NCBI GenBank assembly: GCA_963769025.1
Contig: CAVYKI010000012.1
Coordinates: 128,001 to 192,000, forward strand
DNA from: an uncultured Verrucomicrobiae bacterium
GTDB lineage: Bacteria; Verrucomicrobiota; Verrucomicrobiia; Chthoniobacterales; Chthoniobacteraceae
Reading direction: 5' to 3'
DNA length: 64,000 nt
Below the pieces are notes generated by a model that saw nothing but the letters and a program-made list of their open reading frames with translations, searched no databases and had not been told where the DNA came from. Below, one piece after another: positions 51,901 through 61,352 of the stretch. Each line of letters starts with the position of its first letter. The stretch's first letter is position 1. A program made the position numbers and the translations under genes.

Positions 51901-54289
51901 TGAATTTACCCACGCCGCCCTGCTGCGGAACCGCCGGAACTCCGGGCTCGCCCTCACGCGCAACGCCGGGTTCTCGTTTTCCGAGGCGCGCTACATCATG
52001 CCGCTCGATGCGGATAACATGATCGAACCCGAGTGCCTCGAACGCTGCCTGTCGGCCATCGTCGAGACCGGCGCCGCCGTGGCGTTCCCCGCCATCCAGC
52101 AATTTGGCGACGCAACGGGGATCCTGAGCGCGAGCCTCTGGCGCCCGGCGCGGCTCGCCGGCGGCAATTACATCGACGCGATGGCGCTCGTGCGACGGAG
52201 CGCGTGGAGCGCCGTCGGCGGATACCGCCGCATGAAGACGATGGGCTGGGAGGACTTCGAGATGTGGTGCCGTTTCGTCGAGGAGGGCTTCTGGGGCGCA
52301 TGGGTGCCCGACCGTCTCGCGCTCTATCGCGTCCATGGTGTCTCGATGATCCAGGTCGCCCGCAACGCGGACGAAAAGCGCACAAATCTCATCGCCGAAA
52401 TGCGCGAGATCCATCCTTGGGTGGATGACGCCGCGCTGGCGATGACCTGGCTGGATCGCTCCGCGCTCGACGACCCGGCCGCGAAGAATCCCGCGACGGA
52501 TCGCAGCGGTCCCGCATCGCCATCCGCGGCGCGTCCGCGAACCCGCGAGCGGCTGTTGGAGTTGCTGCCGCTGCTGCGCTGCCCAGAAACGGGGAAGCCG
52601 CTGCGGATCGTGTCGGACGAATGGATCGAAACGGAGGACGGATCCAAGCGCTGGCCGGTGAAGGACTGGCACCCGGTTTTCGTCGGCGATGCGGCGCAGA
52701 CTCGCGTCTTCCCGGACACGCACCTGAGCAATCCCGTGCCTGCAAAGGCGCTCGAACTGGCGGAGGATGCGACCGGCCCGGTGCTGAACATCAGCGCGGG
52801 CGGCTCGCAGACGTGGCTGCCGAATTTGATCGAGGTCGAGATGGCGATCTTCCGCAACACCGACGTGGTCGGCGACGGCCACGCGCTTCCTTTCGCCGAC
52901 GGTGTCTTCGACGCCGTGCTCGCGATCAATGCCTTCGAGCATTACCGCGATCCGCACAAGGCCGTGGCGGAGATCCTGCGCGTGCTGAAGCCCGGTGGAA
53001 AGGTGTTCATCCACTCCGCATTCACGCAGCCGCTGCACGAGCCGCCGTGGCATTTTTTCAACTGCACCAAGTTCGGCCTGCTGCGCTGGTTCGAGCCGTT
53101 CGAGGTCGTGGAGATCGGTGTGTCGGAAAACTTCAACCCGATCTACGCGCTCTCGTGGCAGGCGTCCGAACTGCTGGCGCTCGTGAAGGCCGAGTGCGGG
53201 GAGCGTTCGGCGAAGCGCGTGGGATCGATGACGCTCGCGAAGGTCGCGGAATTTTGGCGCGAGCCAAAGGCGCGGGAGGATCGCTGCTGGGAGGATTTCC
53301 GCATGCTCTCGCAGGAGGCCCAGGAACGGCTCGCCGCGGGCTTCGAGTTTGTCGGCAAAAAGCCGGGCGCGCTGCAGGCCGGGCCCGCGCCGGCCGGGAA
53401 CGTTCGCGCGAACGCCCCGTCCGCGCGCAACAGTTCGGATTCCCCGCGGCCTCGCAGCCGCGAGCGGCTCATGGAATTGGTGCCGCTGCTGCGCTGCCCC
53501 GAGACAGGGCAGAAGCTGCGTCTGGTGTCCGCCGAACGTCTGGAAACGGAAGATGGATCCAAGCGCTGGCCGGTGCAGGACTGGCATCCGGTGTTCTTCG
53601 GCGCGGAAGGCCAGACACGCGTCTTCCCCGACACGCACCTGAGCAATGCCGTGCCCCCGAAGGCACTCGATCTCGTGAGGAATGCCGCCGGCCCGGTGCT
53701 CAACATCAGCGCGGGTGGCTCGCACACGTGGCTGCCGAATTTGATCGAGCTGGAGACGGCGATTTTCCGGAACACCGACGTGGTCGGTGACGGCCATGCG
53801 CTGCCATTCGCCGACGGCGTTTTCGATGCCGTGCTCGCGATCAATGCATTCGAGCACTACCACGATCCGGACAAGGCGGTCGCCGAGATCCTTCGCGTGC
53901 TGAAGCCGGGCGGAAAGGTGTTCATCCACACCGCATTCCTCCAGCCGTTGCACGAACCGCCGTGGCATTTTTTCAACTGCACCAAATTTGGCCTGCTGCG
54001 CTGGTTCGAGCCGTTCGAGGTCGTGGAGGCGGGCGTGTCGGACAACTTCAACCCCATCTACTCCCTTGCCTGGCAGGCCTCGGAGATTCTCACGGTGATG
54101 CAGGACGAACGCGGGTCCGGCACGGCGAAGAAGACGGGCGCGCTCACGCTGGAGAGGCTGGCGGGATTTTGGCGCGAGCCGAAGGTACGCGAGGAGCGGA
54201 CCTGGGAGGACTTCCGCCTGCTCTCGCAACCGGCGCAGGAGCGCTTCGCCGCCGGGTTTGAGCTGATCGGAAAAAAGCGCCGGGAATGA
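48914..54289 (+). CDS. 1791-aa glycan enzyme: sulfotransferase-like, GT4-like, GT2 and two tandem Trm112-like/SAM methyltransferase modules
   Basis: LGMHRSGTS, KDPR, RHP..VAKSL; DINLAPLE..NPFCEAKSELKYFEA; VVIPLYNY..IDDCSTD..PLDADN..GWEDFEMW; twice LRCPETG..LNISAGG..LPFADGVFD..RVLKPGG. Confidence 0.9.
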   Translation: MKLPQEIIVVLGMHRSGTSLIGQMLNNLGFALGKHPMPAGTENEKGYFENTKLMEFHDFVLEEAGSNWNDPHPIPEEWWTDARLRHFSAKLATLIADEFEGCEKVLIKDPRMCRLLPLWRAYFATAGIRHRWLLLLRHPVSVAKSLERRDGFSRGYGFLLWVQHVLDAERQTRATDRLLLTHEEVIDGTYAAPLARLLEMAPDAVRESGRKAVEPSLVHHHGTEQEFGKDRVAELARRSWDELTRPDENGGPRRDALDALWNEFASLQAVIPSEFAGISTAGTDRLGKRTSLYCDIGGGFSESAKCEADYVLRAGVLIAQFKIPPAWNGRIKAWRWDPVEGSFLACRDLEATDNQGRAYQLEPQGTMGTSDGWVMFATRDPMVKITPAPLGSVSSLTVSARLRPILLSETTDAQRGDAENVREARQLPPGHDSARIAVDVATRARTRAVHRAIKYSLMSRLSALLPFLFTLRAKTRRAVRNLRQLGAFDAKFYEAQLPSGFWIYRPIVHYWVFGRTLGLKPYPYTGGGDGITARKRVVFYSAEPLTPGHAYRVRMYSEALASRGYDVHICVPGKLGAGVSMLERNGALVIWRAAWDKNIAALMDAARSAGTRIIFDVDDLMFEPSLAKVEVIDGIRTEGFQEDSIAEYYRRVRRTLLAADFCTCPTQSLSTAMRRFSKPTMVLPNGFDEPTLLRSRKVAASRRTQPGDGRIRLGYAGGSRTHQRDFARAAGAVARVLREHPECLLVAFRLRKPEGDIPYLNIAEFPELLGLESQIEWRNFVPLEEVPDELARFDINLAPLETGNPFCEAKSELKYFEAALVDVPTVASPTAPFAATIRHGETGFLAADEAEWHASLKRLVTEPELRALIARNAFFDVLWRYGPERRAEMAEACIEQVLGDARTAARFYELEVRRKVAPRRPLPEIPEFEIVAEYGIRAQSDVAVVIPLYNYAQFLEEALESVRLQTLRSKELIVIDDCSTDDSLAVAKRWMEQHGHEFTHAALLRNRRNSGLALTRNAGFSFSEARYIMPLDADNMIEPECLERCLSAIVETGAAVAFPAIQQFGDATGILSASLWRPARLAGGNYIDAMALVRRSAWSAVGGYRRMKTMGWEDFEMWCRFVEEGFWGAWVPDRLALYRVHGVSMIQVARNADEKRTNLIAEMREIHPWVDDAALAMTWLDRSALDDPAAKNPATDRSGPASPSAARPRTRERLLELLPLLRCPETGKPLRIVSDEWIETEDGSKRWPVKDWHPVFVGDAAQTRVFPDTHLSNPVPAKALELAEDATGPVLNISAGGSQTWLPNLIEVEMAIFRNTDVVGDGHALPFADGVFDAVLAINAFEHYRDPHKAVAEILRVLKPGGKVFIHSAFTQPLHEPPWHFFNCTKFGLLRWFEPFEVVEIGVSENFNPIYALSWQASELLALVKAECGERSAKRVGSMTLAKVAEFWREPKAREDRCWEDFRMLSQEAQERLAAGFEFVGKKPGALQAGPAPAGNVRANAPSARNSSDSPRPRSRERLMELVPLLRCPETGQKLRLVSAERLETEDGSKRWPVQDWHPVFFGAEGQTRVFPDTHLSNAVPPKALDLVRNAAGPVLNISAGGSHTWLPNLIELETAIFRNTDVVGDGHALPFADGVFDAVLAINAFEHYHDPDKAVAEILRVLKPGGKVFIHTAFLQPLHEPPWHFFNCTKFGLLRWFEPFEVVEAGVSDNFNPIYSLAWQASEILTVMQDERGSGTAKKTGALTLERLAGFWREPKVREERTWEDFRLLSQPAQERFAAGFELIGKKRRE
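52530..54285 (+). repeat. Intragenic tandem duplication of the methyltransferase module (~52530-53365 and ~53448-54285)
   Basis: RPRTRERLLELLPLLRCPETG...GFEFVGKK vs RPRSRERLMELVPLLRCPETG...GFELIGKK. Confidence 0.9.
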
Positions 54290-55224
54290 TTTCCCCGCGC
54301 GTCAGCGTCCTCATCCCGACGTACCGCTACGCCGGCTACCTGCGGGAGGCGATCGACTCCGTGCTCGCTCAAGACTTCACGGATTTCGAACTGCTGGTGA
54401 GCGACGACTGTTCGGGCGATGGTTCCGCCGAGATCCTTCAGGAATACGCCGCGCGCGACCCGAGGGCCCGCGTGAACATCCACCCGGCGAATGTCGGAAT
54501 GGTGCCGAACTGGAACTGGTGCCTGCGCGGGGCGCGCGGGGAATTTGTGAAGTTCATCTTCGGCGACGACATGCTCGCGCGGCCCGACGCGCTCGGGAAA
54601 ATGGTCGCGATGCTCGACGCGCACCCGGAGGCGTCGTTCGCGGCATCTGCGCGGAACGTGATCGATGAAAAATCCCGCGTCACCGGCGTGTGGTCGCACC
54701 TCGGCGAGCCGGGAGTCCACGACAGCGGCGACACGATGTTCCGCTGCCTCGGAGAAGGAAACATGATCGGCGAGCCCACGGCGGTCATGTTCCGCCGCAG
54801 CGCTGCCGGCCGGGGGTTTTCCGAGAGTTACGGGCAGATGGTCGATCTCGAGATGTGGCTGCATCTGCTCGGCCACGGGCCGCTCGTCTATGCGTCGGAG
54901 GCGCTCTGCGCATTCCGCCGCCATCCGCTCCAGCAGACCGAGGTGAACAAGGCCACCGACGTGAACAGCAGCGAGATCCTCCGCCTCATCCTCGACTACG
55001 GCGACAGCCCGGTCCTGCAGGGACGTGATACGCGCGGCGTGGCATTTCGCCGTCTTTACAAAACCCGGAAAGCCGCCGCCGGGAACCCCGCCGTCGCTGC
55101 GGCACGGGAGCAGTTGCTCGGCCGCCTCGGCCGCCCGGCCTATTGCGCGCGCTGGCTCGGGCGAAAGCTCGCGAATCCGTTCACCGCGCTCGCAAAAGCC
55201 CTCTCAAAAACGAAACGGCCATGA
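54286..55224 (+). CDS. GT2 glycosyltransferase
   Basis: VSVLIPTY, SDDCSGD, NVGMVPNWN, FGDD, IGEPTAVMFRR, DLEMW. Confidence 0.9.
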   Translation: MISPRVSVLIPTYRYAGYLREAIDSVLAQDFTDFELLVSDDCSGDGSAEILQEYAARDPRARVNIHPANVGMVPNWNWCLRGARGEFVKFIFGDDMLARPDALGKMVAMLDAHPEASFAASARNVIDEKSRVTGVWSHLGEPGVHDSGDTMFRCLGEGNMIGEPTAVMFRRSAAGRGFSESYGQMVDLEMWLHLLGHGPLVYASEALCAFRRHPLQQTEVNKATDVNSSEILRLILDYGDSPVLQGRDTRGVAFRRLYKTRKAAAGNPAVAAAREQLLGRLGRPAYCARWLGRKLANPFTALAKALSKTKRP

Positions 55225-55398
55225 GCAAGACTGCACGGGGATTTTGCCCGGAAATTTTCTTGAGTTCGAGAAACGGGTCGCGGAGCGTCGCATGAATGTC
55301 ACCACTCCACCGCCACGCGCCGAGGAAGCCGCCGGGCGTTGCGGTACGAAAATTTTCCGCGAAGCCGATTCCTCAAAGCACTGCATGAAGACCCGGGA

Positions 55399-57594
55399 AT
55401 GAGCTCAGCCATCAAGCGGACATGCATCGTCAGTTGCGAGATCGTCGGGCCGCATAAGAATGGCGGCATCGGCACCCATTGTTTCTATCTGGCGAAGTTC
55501 CTGAGCCGGTCGCTGGGGGAGGACGTGACGATCGCCTACACCGGGGCCATCGAGGTCAGGGACGAGGCATACTGGAAGGAGTGGTTTCAGCGCGAAATGG
55601 GAGTCCGCTTCGTCTGGGTTTCCGCGAAGGAAGACGAGTTGCCGCCCGCCGGATGGGGCCCCAGGCAGGCCCGCATCGCGCGGTGCGTGTTCGACTGGGT
55701 GCGCGAGCAGGATTTCGACGTGTGCCACTTTCAGGAGATGCTCGGACACGGCTACCGCTGCTTCCAGGCGAAGCGGCTCGGGCTGGCTTTCCGGGATACG
55801 GTGCTCACCTGCACGCTGCACAGCTCGTGGGACTGGATCTGCCAGGCGATGCAGGTCTTTCCCATGGCCGGGGCGGAAGAACTCCAGACGAAGTACATGG
55901 AGCGCTACTGCATGGAGAATTGCGACATCGCCATGAGCCCGAGCGAATACATGTTCCAATGGGCGAAGGCGAATCGCATCGCGCTTCCGGCGAATCATCA
56001 CGTCCTCCCCTATCTCCTCGACTCGGGTCTTCGCCACTCCGGCTACGAGCCCGCGAACGGAAAGATCATCTTCTTCGGCAGGCTCGAGACGCGCAAGGGG
56101 CTGGTCCTCCTGCTGGAAGCCCTGTGCGAACTTGAGCGGCGGGGAAATTTCTCCGGTCGCCAGTTGGAGGTCACGCTCCTGGGCAAGGTCGCGCAAACGC
56201 CGGACGGGAACGCGACGGTGACCGTCGAAAAGTATCTCCCCCGGTTTTCGAAGGTCATCCGCATCGTGTTCAAGAGCGACCTGGGGCATCAGGAGGCGCA
56301 CGATTACCTCCTCGCCAACCGGGACGCCCTCGTCGTCTGTCCGTCGCTTGTGGATAACTCGCCGTTTGCAGTCATCGAATGCCTGCAACTCGGGGTGAAC
56401 ATCATCGCCGGCAGATCCGGCGGCATCCCCGAGTTGTTTGCGGACGACACGCGGCTGTTCAATCCGGAGCCGGTGGCGTTCGCGGAAAAGATCGAGGCCG
56501 GTCTCCTGAACCGCCTTCCGCCGCCGGTGAAGCGCTACGATTCGGAACGTTCGGCGCAGCTCTGGACCGAATTTTCCCGGAAGACTGTCGCCGATTTTCC
56601 ACAGGGAAAAACGCCCACTGGGGCGCCGCGGGTGCAGGTGATCGTCGGGGTCGATGCGGCGGAATCCGATCTGGAGCCGATCCTGCGCGCAGTGCAGCAA
56701 CAGACGTTGAAGGACCAACCCGTCACGGTCCTGCACCAAAAGACCGCCCACGCTTCCGCTGGCGCATTCGCCGAGGCGAAGAAGAAGTTCGGCGCGCCGA
56801 CTTGGAATTTCATCGAGCTGGACGACCCGTCGGCTCCCGTCCCGGTCGCGGAAGGGGCCGATCTGATCGCCTTTGTCGGCCCGTGCTGCGTGCCGAAGCC
56901 GCAGTGGCTCGAGCGCATGGTGACGGCGATCCATTTTCAGGGCCTCGATGCCCTGACCTGCTGCACCGAGGTCGCTACGGATGTGGATTTCACCCCGCCC
57001 CTTTCCGTGCACGAGGCGCTCGGCGCGTGCCTCGAAGCCGGGGTTTACGCAAACATGTTCGGCCTCGGGTGCGTCGTCATGAAGGCCGGCGTCGCGCCAA
57101 CGACCCCGGGCGGTTTCAGCCAGCTGTTTTCGCGCGAGGGGCTCTGGGCGTTTCTTGCGGACCTTGTGCTTTCCGGCAAGCGATGTGATGCGCATCCCGA
57201 AGTCCTCGCCCACGTGACCAGCACCGATTTCGCGATGACTTTCGGGCGCCCGAACTATGCCGCGCATGCGGAGGTGCTCCGGCATTTTGCGCGCGACTGC
57301 CCCGCGTGGATCGGCCGACTGCTCAACAATGCTGTCGGCTCGGAAATCACCGTCGGTGCGATCACCGCCGAATACCGGCGGGCGGCTGCCGATATCCAGC
57401 GGCTCCTCGCCGAGGTGCAGATGGCGAGGAAACGGCAGAAGGAGGCGGAAGCCACGCCTTCCATCCGGCGGATCGCCTCCAAGCTGAACCGCGAGGCCTC
57501 AAGACTTTTCAAACAGATCAAAAACCTCGGCAAAAAAAACGGCGGCGCGCCATCCCGGCCAGACGCCCAGGACCGAAAGACCAGCAAACCATGA
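55399..57594 (+). CDS. GT4 glycosyltransferase with a degenerate GT2-like C-terminal region
   Basis: KNGGIGT, SPSEY, FFGRLETRKG, PSLVDNSPFAVIECL, SGGIPEL. Confidence 0.85.
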   Translation: MSSAIKRTCIVSCEIVGPHKNGGIGTHCFYLAKFLSRSLGEDVTIAYTGAIEVRDEAYWKEWFQREMGVRFVWVSAKEDELPPAGWGPRQARIARCVFDWVREQDFDVCHFQEMLGHGYRCFQAKRLGLAFRDTVLTCTLHSSWDWICQAMQVFPMAGAEELQTKYMERYCMENCDIAMSPSEYMFQWAKANRIALPANHHVLPYLLDSGLRHSGYEPANGKIIFFGRLETRKGLVLLLEALCELERRGNFSGRQLEVTLLGKVAQTPDGNATVTVEKYLPRFSKVIRIVFKSDLGHQEAHDYLLANRDALVVCPSLVDNSPFAVIECLQLGVNIIAGRSGGIPELFADDTRLFNPEPVAFAEKIEAGLLNRLPPPVKRYDSERSAQLWTEFSRKTVADFPQGKTPTGAPRVQVIVGVDAAESDLEPILRAVQQQTLKDQPVTVLHQKTAHASAGAFAEAKKKFGAPTWNFIELDDPSAPVPVAEGADLIAFVGPCCVPKPQWLERMVTAIHFQGLDALTCCTEVATDVDFTPPLSVHEALGACLEAGVYANMFGLGCVVMKAGVAPTTPGGFSQLFSREGLWAFLADLVLSGKRCDAHPEVLAHVTSTDFAMTFGRPNYAAHAEVLRHFARDCPAWIGRLLNNAVGSEITVGAITAEYRRAAADIQRLLAEVQMARKRQKEAEATPSIRRIASKLNREASRLFKQIKNLGKKNGGAPSRPDAQDRKTSKP

Positions 57595-58325
57595 ACGACG
57601 CCGCCAACACGAAACCCGGGGAATCCACATTTTGGCTGCGCCTCGGCCTGCATCGCTTCGCACCGAAGCTGACTGTGCCCGAAATTTTTCCGCCCATCGA
57701 GGAGGAGTTCAAAAACTACCGCCAGTTTTTCAAGGGGAACGTCCTCAACGCCGGTGCGGGAAGTCGCGACATCCGGCCGCTCATCGAGGGGAAACTCTTC
57801 AATCAGGACCTTCCCACCGGCCTGCATAACGCAAACATCGATATCCTCTCGCCGCTGCATCAAATCCCCGTGAAGGAGGGCTTTTTCGACGCCATCATTT
57901 GCAACGCCGTCCTGGAGCACGTCGAGAATCCCGAGGAAGTAATGGCGGAATTTGCGCGCGTTTGCCGGCCCGGCGGCGTGCTGTTTCTCTGCATCCCGTT
58001 CATGCAGCCCGAGCATTGCGACCCGACCGATTTCCAGCGCTACACGATCGCCGGACTGCGGACTCTCGTGGAGAAACACGGGTTCACCGTCGAGAAAATC
58101 GAGGGCGTCCATTCCGTTTACACGACGCTCGCGTGGATCGTCATGGAGTGGCTCAACTCGAAAAACACCTTCGGGCATTTCCTGCTCAAATTGTTCTTCT
58201 TTCCCTACCTTCGCAGAAAGATCCGCACGTCGAACTTTCACGTCCACTCGCTCGCTTCGGCATTCCGCACGCTGGCCAGACGAAAGGGCGGCCCCGCGCC
58301 CACGCCAAGCGCTCCGGCCAGCTAG
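57591..58325 (+). CDS. Class I SAM methyltransferase (Methyltransf_11-like)
   Basis: VLNAGAG, FDAIICNAVLEHV, RVCRPGG, PFMQPEH..PTDFQRYT. Confidence 0.88.
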   Translation: MNDAANTKPGESTFWLRLGLHRFAPKLTVPEIFPPIEEEFKNYRQFFKGNVLNAGAGSRDIRPLIEGKLFNQDLPTGLHNANIDILSPLHQIPVKEGFFDAIICNAVLEHVENPEEVMAEFARVCRPGGVLFLCIPFMQPEHCDPTDFQRYTIAGLRTLVEKHGFTVEKIEGVHSVYTTLAWIVMEWLNSKNTFGHFLLKLFFFPYLRRKIRTSNFHVHSLASAFRTLARRKGGPAPTPSAPAS

Positions 58326-58428
58326 TCGCGCATGCGCAACCTTCGAGAGTGTCCGCAAACGCGGGGGCTTTCGATTTTCGAGTCTCCCTGCTGCAAAGCC
58401 GTGGCCAGACGGCCGAGCGATCTGCTTT

Positions 58429-59205
58429 TTACGCCTGCCGAGGCTTCCTGGCTTCCATGAACAGGGAATCCGGTTTGCGGACCGAGCGGTCGGGCAAGAC
58501 GTCCAACTGATAGGACTCGAACTCGGGAAGGCCGGATGTGAAGGCATCCACCGCAGTCACATCGACGAAGCCCGCCGCCTCAAGGAGCAGGCGCAGCGAG
58601 TAGGAATCGTACATCCATTGATGCACCTCGCCCGACAGCCTGAAGCTTCCGACTTGTTCGGCCGTTGCCTTGGCACGTTGCCCGTCGATCCACTCGTAGT
58701 TGAGGCCTTCCTCGCAGAGCTTGCGGATCTCTGGCAGTTTGCTGGCCACTTCGTGGCCGAAGCGCTCGATGACGTAGTCCTGCGCCGGAATCGGGTGTTG
58801 GCAGAGATACTTGAACATCTCGCCGCCGTCCGGGTGCTGGCGCCCGACCTGATCGAGCAGCTCGATGACGCTCCACTCGTATCGTTCCTTGCAAACCGGA
58901 TCGCCGGCCCGTGCGCCGCGCAGATTGGCGAGATACAGTTCGGCGACGACCTCCAAGTTTGGAACGGCCACGCGCATCAACCCGCCAGGCGTGAGCACGC
59001 GGAAGCACTCGGCAATGAAAGCGGAAGCCCGCTCGCGGGGAATGTGTTCAAGGACATGGGAGTGATAGATCACCTCCGCGCTACCCGAGTCGAATGGCAG
59101 TGGGTTCCGAAGATCATGTGCGATCACCGACGGATCCGCCGGGGCGACGTCCAGATTGACCCAATCGCGGTGAAAGTTGCGACCGCAGCCGAGATTCAGT
59201 TTCAT
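58429..59205 (-). CDS. Class I SAM methyltransferase-domain protein
   Basis: KLNLGCG, WVNLD, HDLRNPLPF, SHVLEH, RVLTPGG..VPNLE. Confidence 0.88.
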   Translation of the reverse strand: MKLNLGCGRNFHRDWVNLDVAPADPSVIAHDLRNPLPFDSGSAEVIYHSHVLEHIPRERASAFIAECFRVLTPGGLMRVAVPNLEVVAELYLANLRGARAGDPVCKERYEWSVIELLDQVGRQHPDGGEMFKYLCQHPIPAQDYVIERFGHEVASKLPEIRKLCEEGLNYEWIDGQRAKATAEQVGSFRLSGEVHQWMYDSYSLRLLLEAAGFVDVTAVDAFTSGLPEFESYQLDVLPDRSVRKPDSLFMEARKPRQA

Positions 59206-59235
59206 GCGGTCCGGAGGGGGCGCGGCTGCACAAGC

Positions 59236-60180
59236 CTATCGGCGGAACCAGACGCCAGTTTCATCGATGGTGGTGACTTTGAACTGCAGTCCGCGGCGCT
59301 GCTCGAATTCGTTCACCGCCTGCCGGCAGCCTTCCCAGTAACCGTAGTCATCGATCTGGACCCGCCCGCCTGGGACGACCTGGTCGAACAGGTTTTCGAG
59401 GATATCCATCGTCGAAGCGTACCAGTCGGCGTCCATGTGCAGCAACGCGATCGGGCCGACGCGCTCACGCCAGATCGGCAGAGTCTCGGAGAACAACCCT
59501 TTGACCGGTTGGACGAGGCTTTCGACGCCGAGCTTCGTGCAAACCTCGAGGAGCGAGGATTCCGGGGCGGAGCACGTCCCGGTGCCCCAGCCGGTCGCCT
59601 CGGCGTGCTTGCCATACGACAGGTCGCAGTCGGAGGCCTTCGGCATGCCGGCGAATGTGTCGAATGAATAGAGTTTGCGCGGCCGGCGACTGTGCCGGGC
59701 GATGATCGTCGAAAGGAGGCCCGACGATCCGCCCGCCGCCACGCCACATTCTACAAAGTTCCCCGGCAAGTCCTCCTCGCACACAGCCCGGGCCAGAGTA
59801 TGGAGCGAAACGAGCCGCGCCTCACTCAGCATCGTGAAAGAACGGACAATTTCGAACAGCTCGCAAAACTCGGGATCGGTCGATGTGGGCTTTGGAGGAA
59901 CCGGAGCCAGCGCGGCGAGTTGTGACGCGGCGAAGTGATTGTCCGGGAAGTATCGGAGCTCTTCCTTGAGCGCCTCCATGGCCGCGTACGGCTGGCCCAT
60001 TTTGACGAAACAAAGGGCCCGGAGCATGTCCGCGTTGGCGATGGGAACCTGGCGCGCTTTGAGGAGATTCAGGGCCGTGAATACCCCCTCAGTGTTTCCC
60101 GCTTCGATGGCTGCCACCATTTTCTCCAAACCGGTCGGAGACGACGGGTCGATTGTAGTCAGCGATTCGATGGAGCTCAT
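59236..60180 (-). CDS. TylF/MycF/NovP-family O-methyltransferase with an N-terminal helical/TPR-like segment
   Basis: GNFVECGVAAGGS, FDTFAGMP, VKGLFSETLP, IALLHMDADWYAST, DDYGYWEGCRQAV. Confidence 0.9.
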   Translation of the reverse strand: MSSIESLTTIDPSSPTGLEKMVAAIEAGNTEGVFTALNLLKARQVPIANADMLRALCFVKMGQPYAAMEALKEELRYFPDNHFAASQLAALAPVPPKPTSTDPEFCELFEIVRSFTMLSEARLVSLHTLARAVCEEDLPGNFVECGVAAGGSSGLLSTIIARHSRRPRKLYSFDTFAGMPKASDCDLSYGKHAEATGWGTGTCSAPESSLLEVCTKLGVESLVQPVKGLFSETLPIWRERVGPIALLHMDADWYASTMDILENLFDQVVPGGRVQIDDYGYWEGCRQAVNEFEQRRGLQFKVTTIDETGVWFRR

Positions 60181-60335
60181 GCCTTCGGCGAAGCTGTCAG
60201 TTGCCAGTCTCGCGCGGCAAGCCATTTCTCGGCGCGCGATGCGGCGATGGCAGAAAGGGCGACGTCCCTTCATCTCCGCGGTGCGATGCGAGGTCCGCGG
60301 GCTCGTTTCCGCCGCGCTTTTGCGCCCCGCGCGGC

Positions 60336-61352
60336 TCAGGCCGCAGCGTGGCTGGCCTCCGTGTGGGACTGCTCCTCGGCGGTCTTCCGGCGAAGAAAAC
60401 CGTTGGTGCACCAAGTGAAGTTGTGGCCGAAGAAATCACAGTAATTCACATCCATCTCATACTCGTTTGCATGGACGCCGAGGAATTCCTTCAGCGCCTG
60501 ATGCGGCCCCGAGTTGCATCCCGGGATCTCCACCAAATCCGAGATGATTCCATCCTCGACCACGATGTAGTCGCCCGGCTGGAGCCACTGGTGAAAGAAC
60601 CGCAAAGCGGCGATGGAGGTCTCGTACTGGTGGTCCGCGTCTTCGATGACGAGCCACGGCTTCGGAAGCTGCGCCAGGAACGATTCCGAGAGGCATGTGG
60701 CGAGATTCCTGCCATCTCCCGCCATGAATGTCACCCGCGGATGGGAAACCGAGTCCACTTTCACCACGTCGATGGAGTAGATGTGCCCGTCCACGCCGAT
60801 GTTGTTCAGCAAATCCCCGAACCACAACGCGCTGCCGCCCGACTGCGAGCCGATCTCGATGATGGTCATCGGCTTGAGCTGCCAGAGGAGCATCGGATAA
60901 AGCGCGATATCGAAAGGGTTCTTCAGCATCGTGACGCCGCGGTAACGATAGTTGAAGAGGTTCGCCTGAATCGAAATGAGGGTCTCGCGCTGAATCCCTG
61001 TGTTCCAGTTCCGGTCAGCTAGGACGGCGTGGCGGTTCACATGCGGCTTTAAGAACTGGGACATCGCGTTCAGCCGGGCCCTTGCGTTCGCGTGGGATGG
61101 GTCCAGCGCGAGAACCTGTCCGTAGGTCTCGTACGCCTCGACGGAGCGCGCCAGATTTTCGCTGCGAAGACCTTTCTGAAAGAGCGCCTCGGCGGGACTG
61201 GGCTCCGCGGTCTCCGTCGGTCCCGCTGGCGCCGGGTGATCGCCACGCGATGCCGAGGCTCCTGCAAATGGAGCACCGGACCGCTCCGGCACGGGCTGGT
61301 CTTCCCCTTTGACAGGATTCGCACGAGTAAAGAATTGCTTCCACCATTTCAT
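60336..61352 (-). CDS. CmcI (cephalosporin hydroxylase-like) family O-methyltransferase with an N-terminal TPR-like segment
   Basis: YRYRGVTMLKNPFD, IIEIGSQSGGSALW, VIEDADH, GDYIVVED, GP..A; YGQVLALDPSHANA. Confidence 0.85.
   Translation of the reverse strand: MKWWKQFFTRANPVKGEDQPVPERSGAPFAGASASRGDHPAPAGPTETAEPSPAEALFQKGLRSENLARSVEAYETYGQVLALDPSHANARARLNAMSQFLKPHVNRHAVLADRNWNTGIQRETLISIQANLFNYRYRGVTMLKNPFDIALYPMLLWQLKPMTIIEIGSQSGGSALWFGDLLNNIGVDGHIYSIDVVKVDSVSHPRVTFMAGDGRNLATCLSESFLAQLPKPWLVIEDADHQYETSIAALRFFHQWLQPGDYIVVEDGIISDLVEIPGCNSGPHQALKEFLGVHANEYEMDVNYCDFFGHNFTWCTNGFLRRKTAEEQSHTEASHAAA

Noticed and set aside
45762..54229. Very long minus-strand ORFs (998 aa and 1769 aa), and similar ones at 2106-4148, 13860-16430 and 43844-45928
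   Set aside because: Stop-poor antisense frames of real high-GC genes, with no motifs and Arg/Ala/Gly-rich composition.
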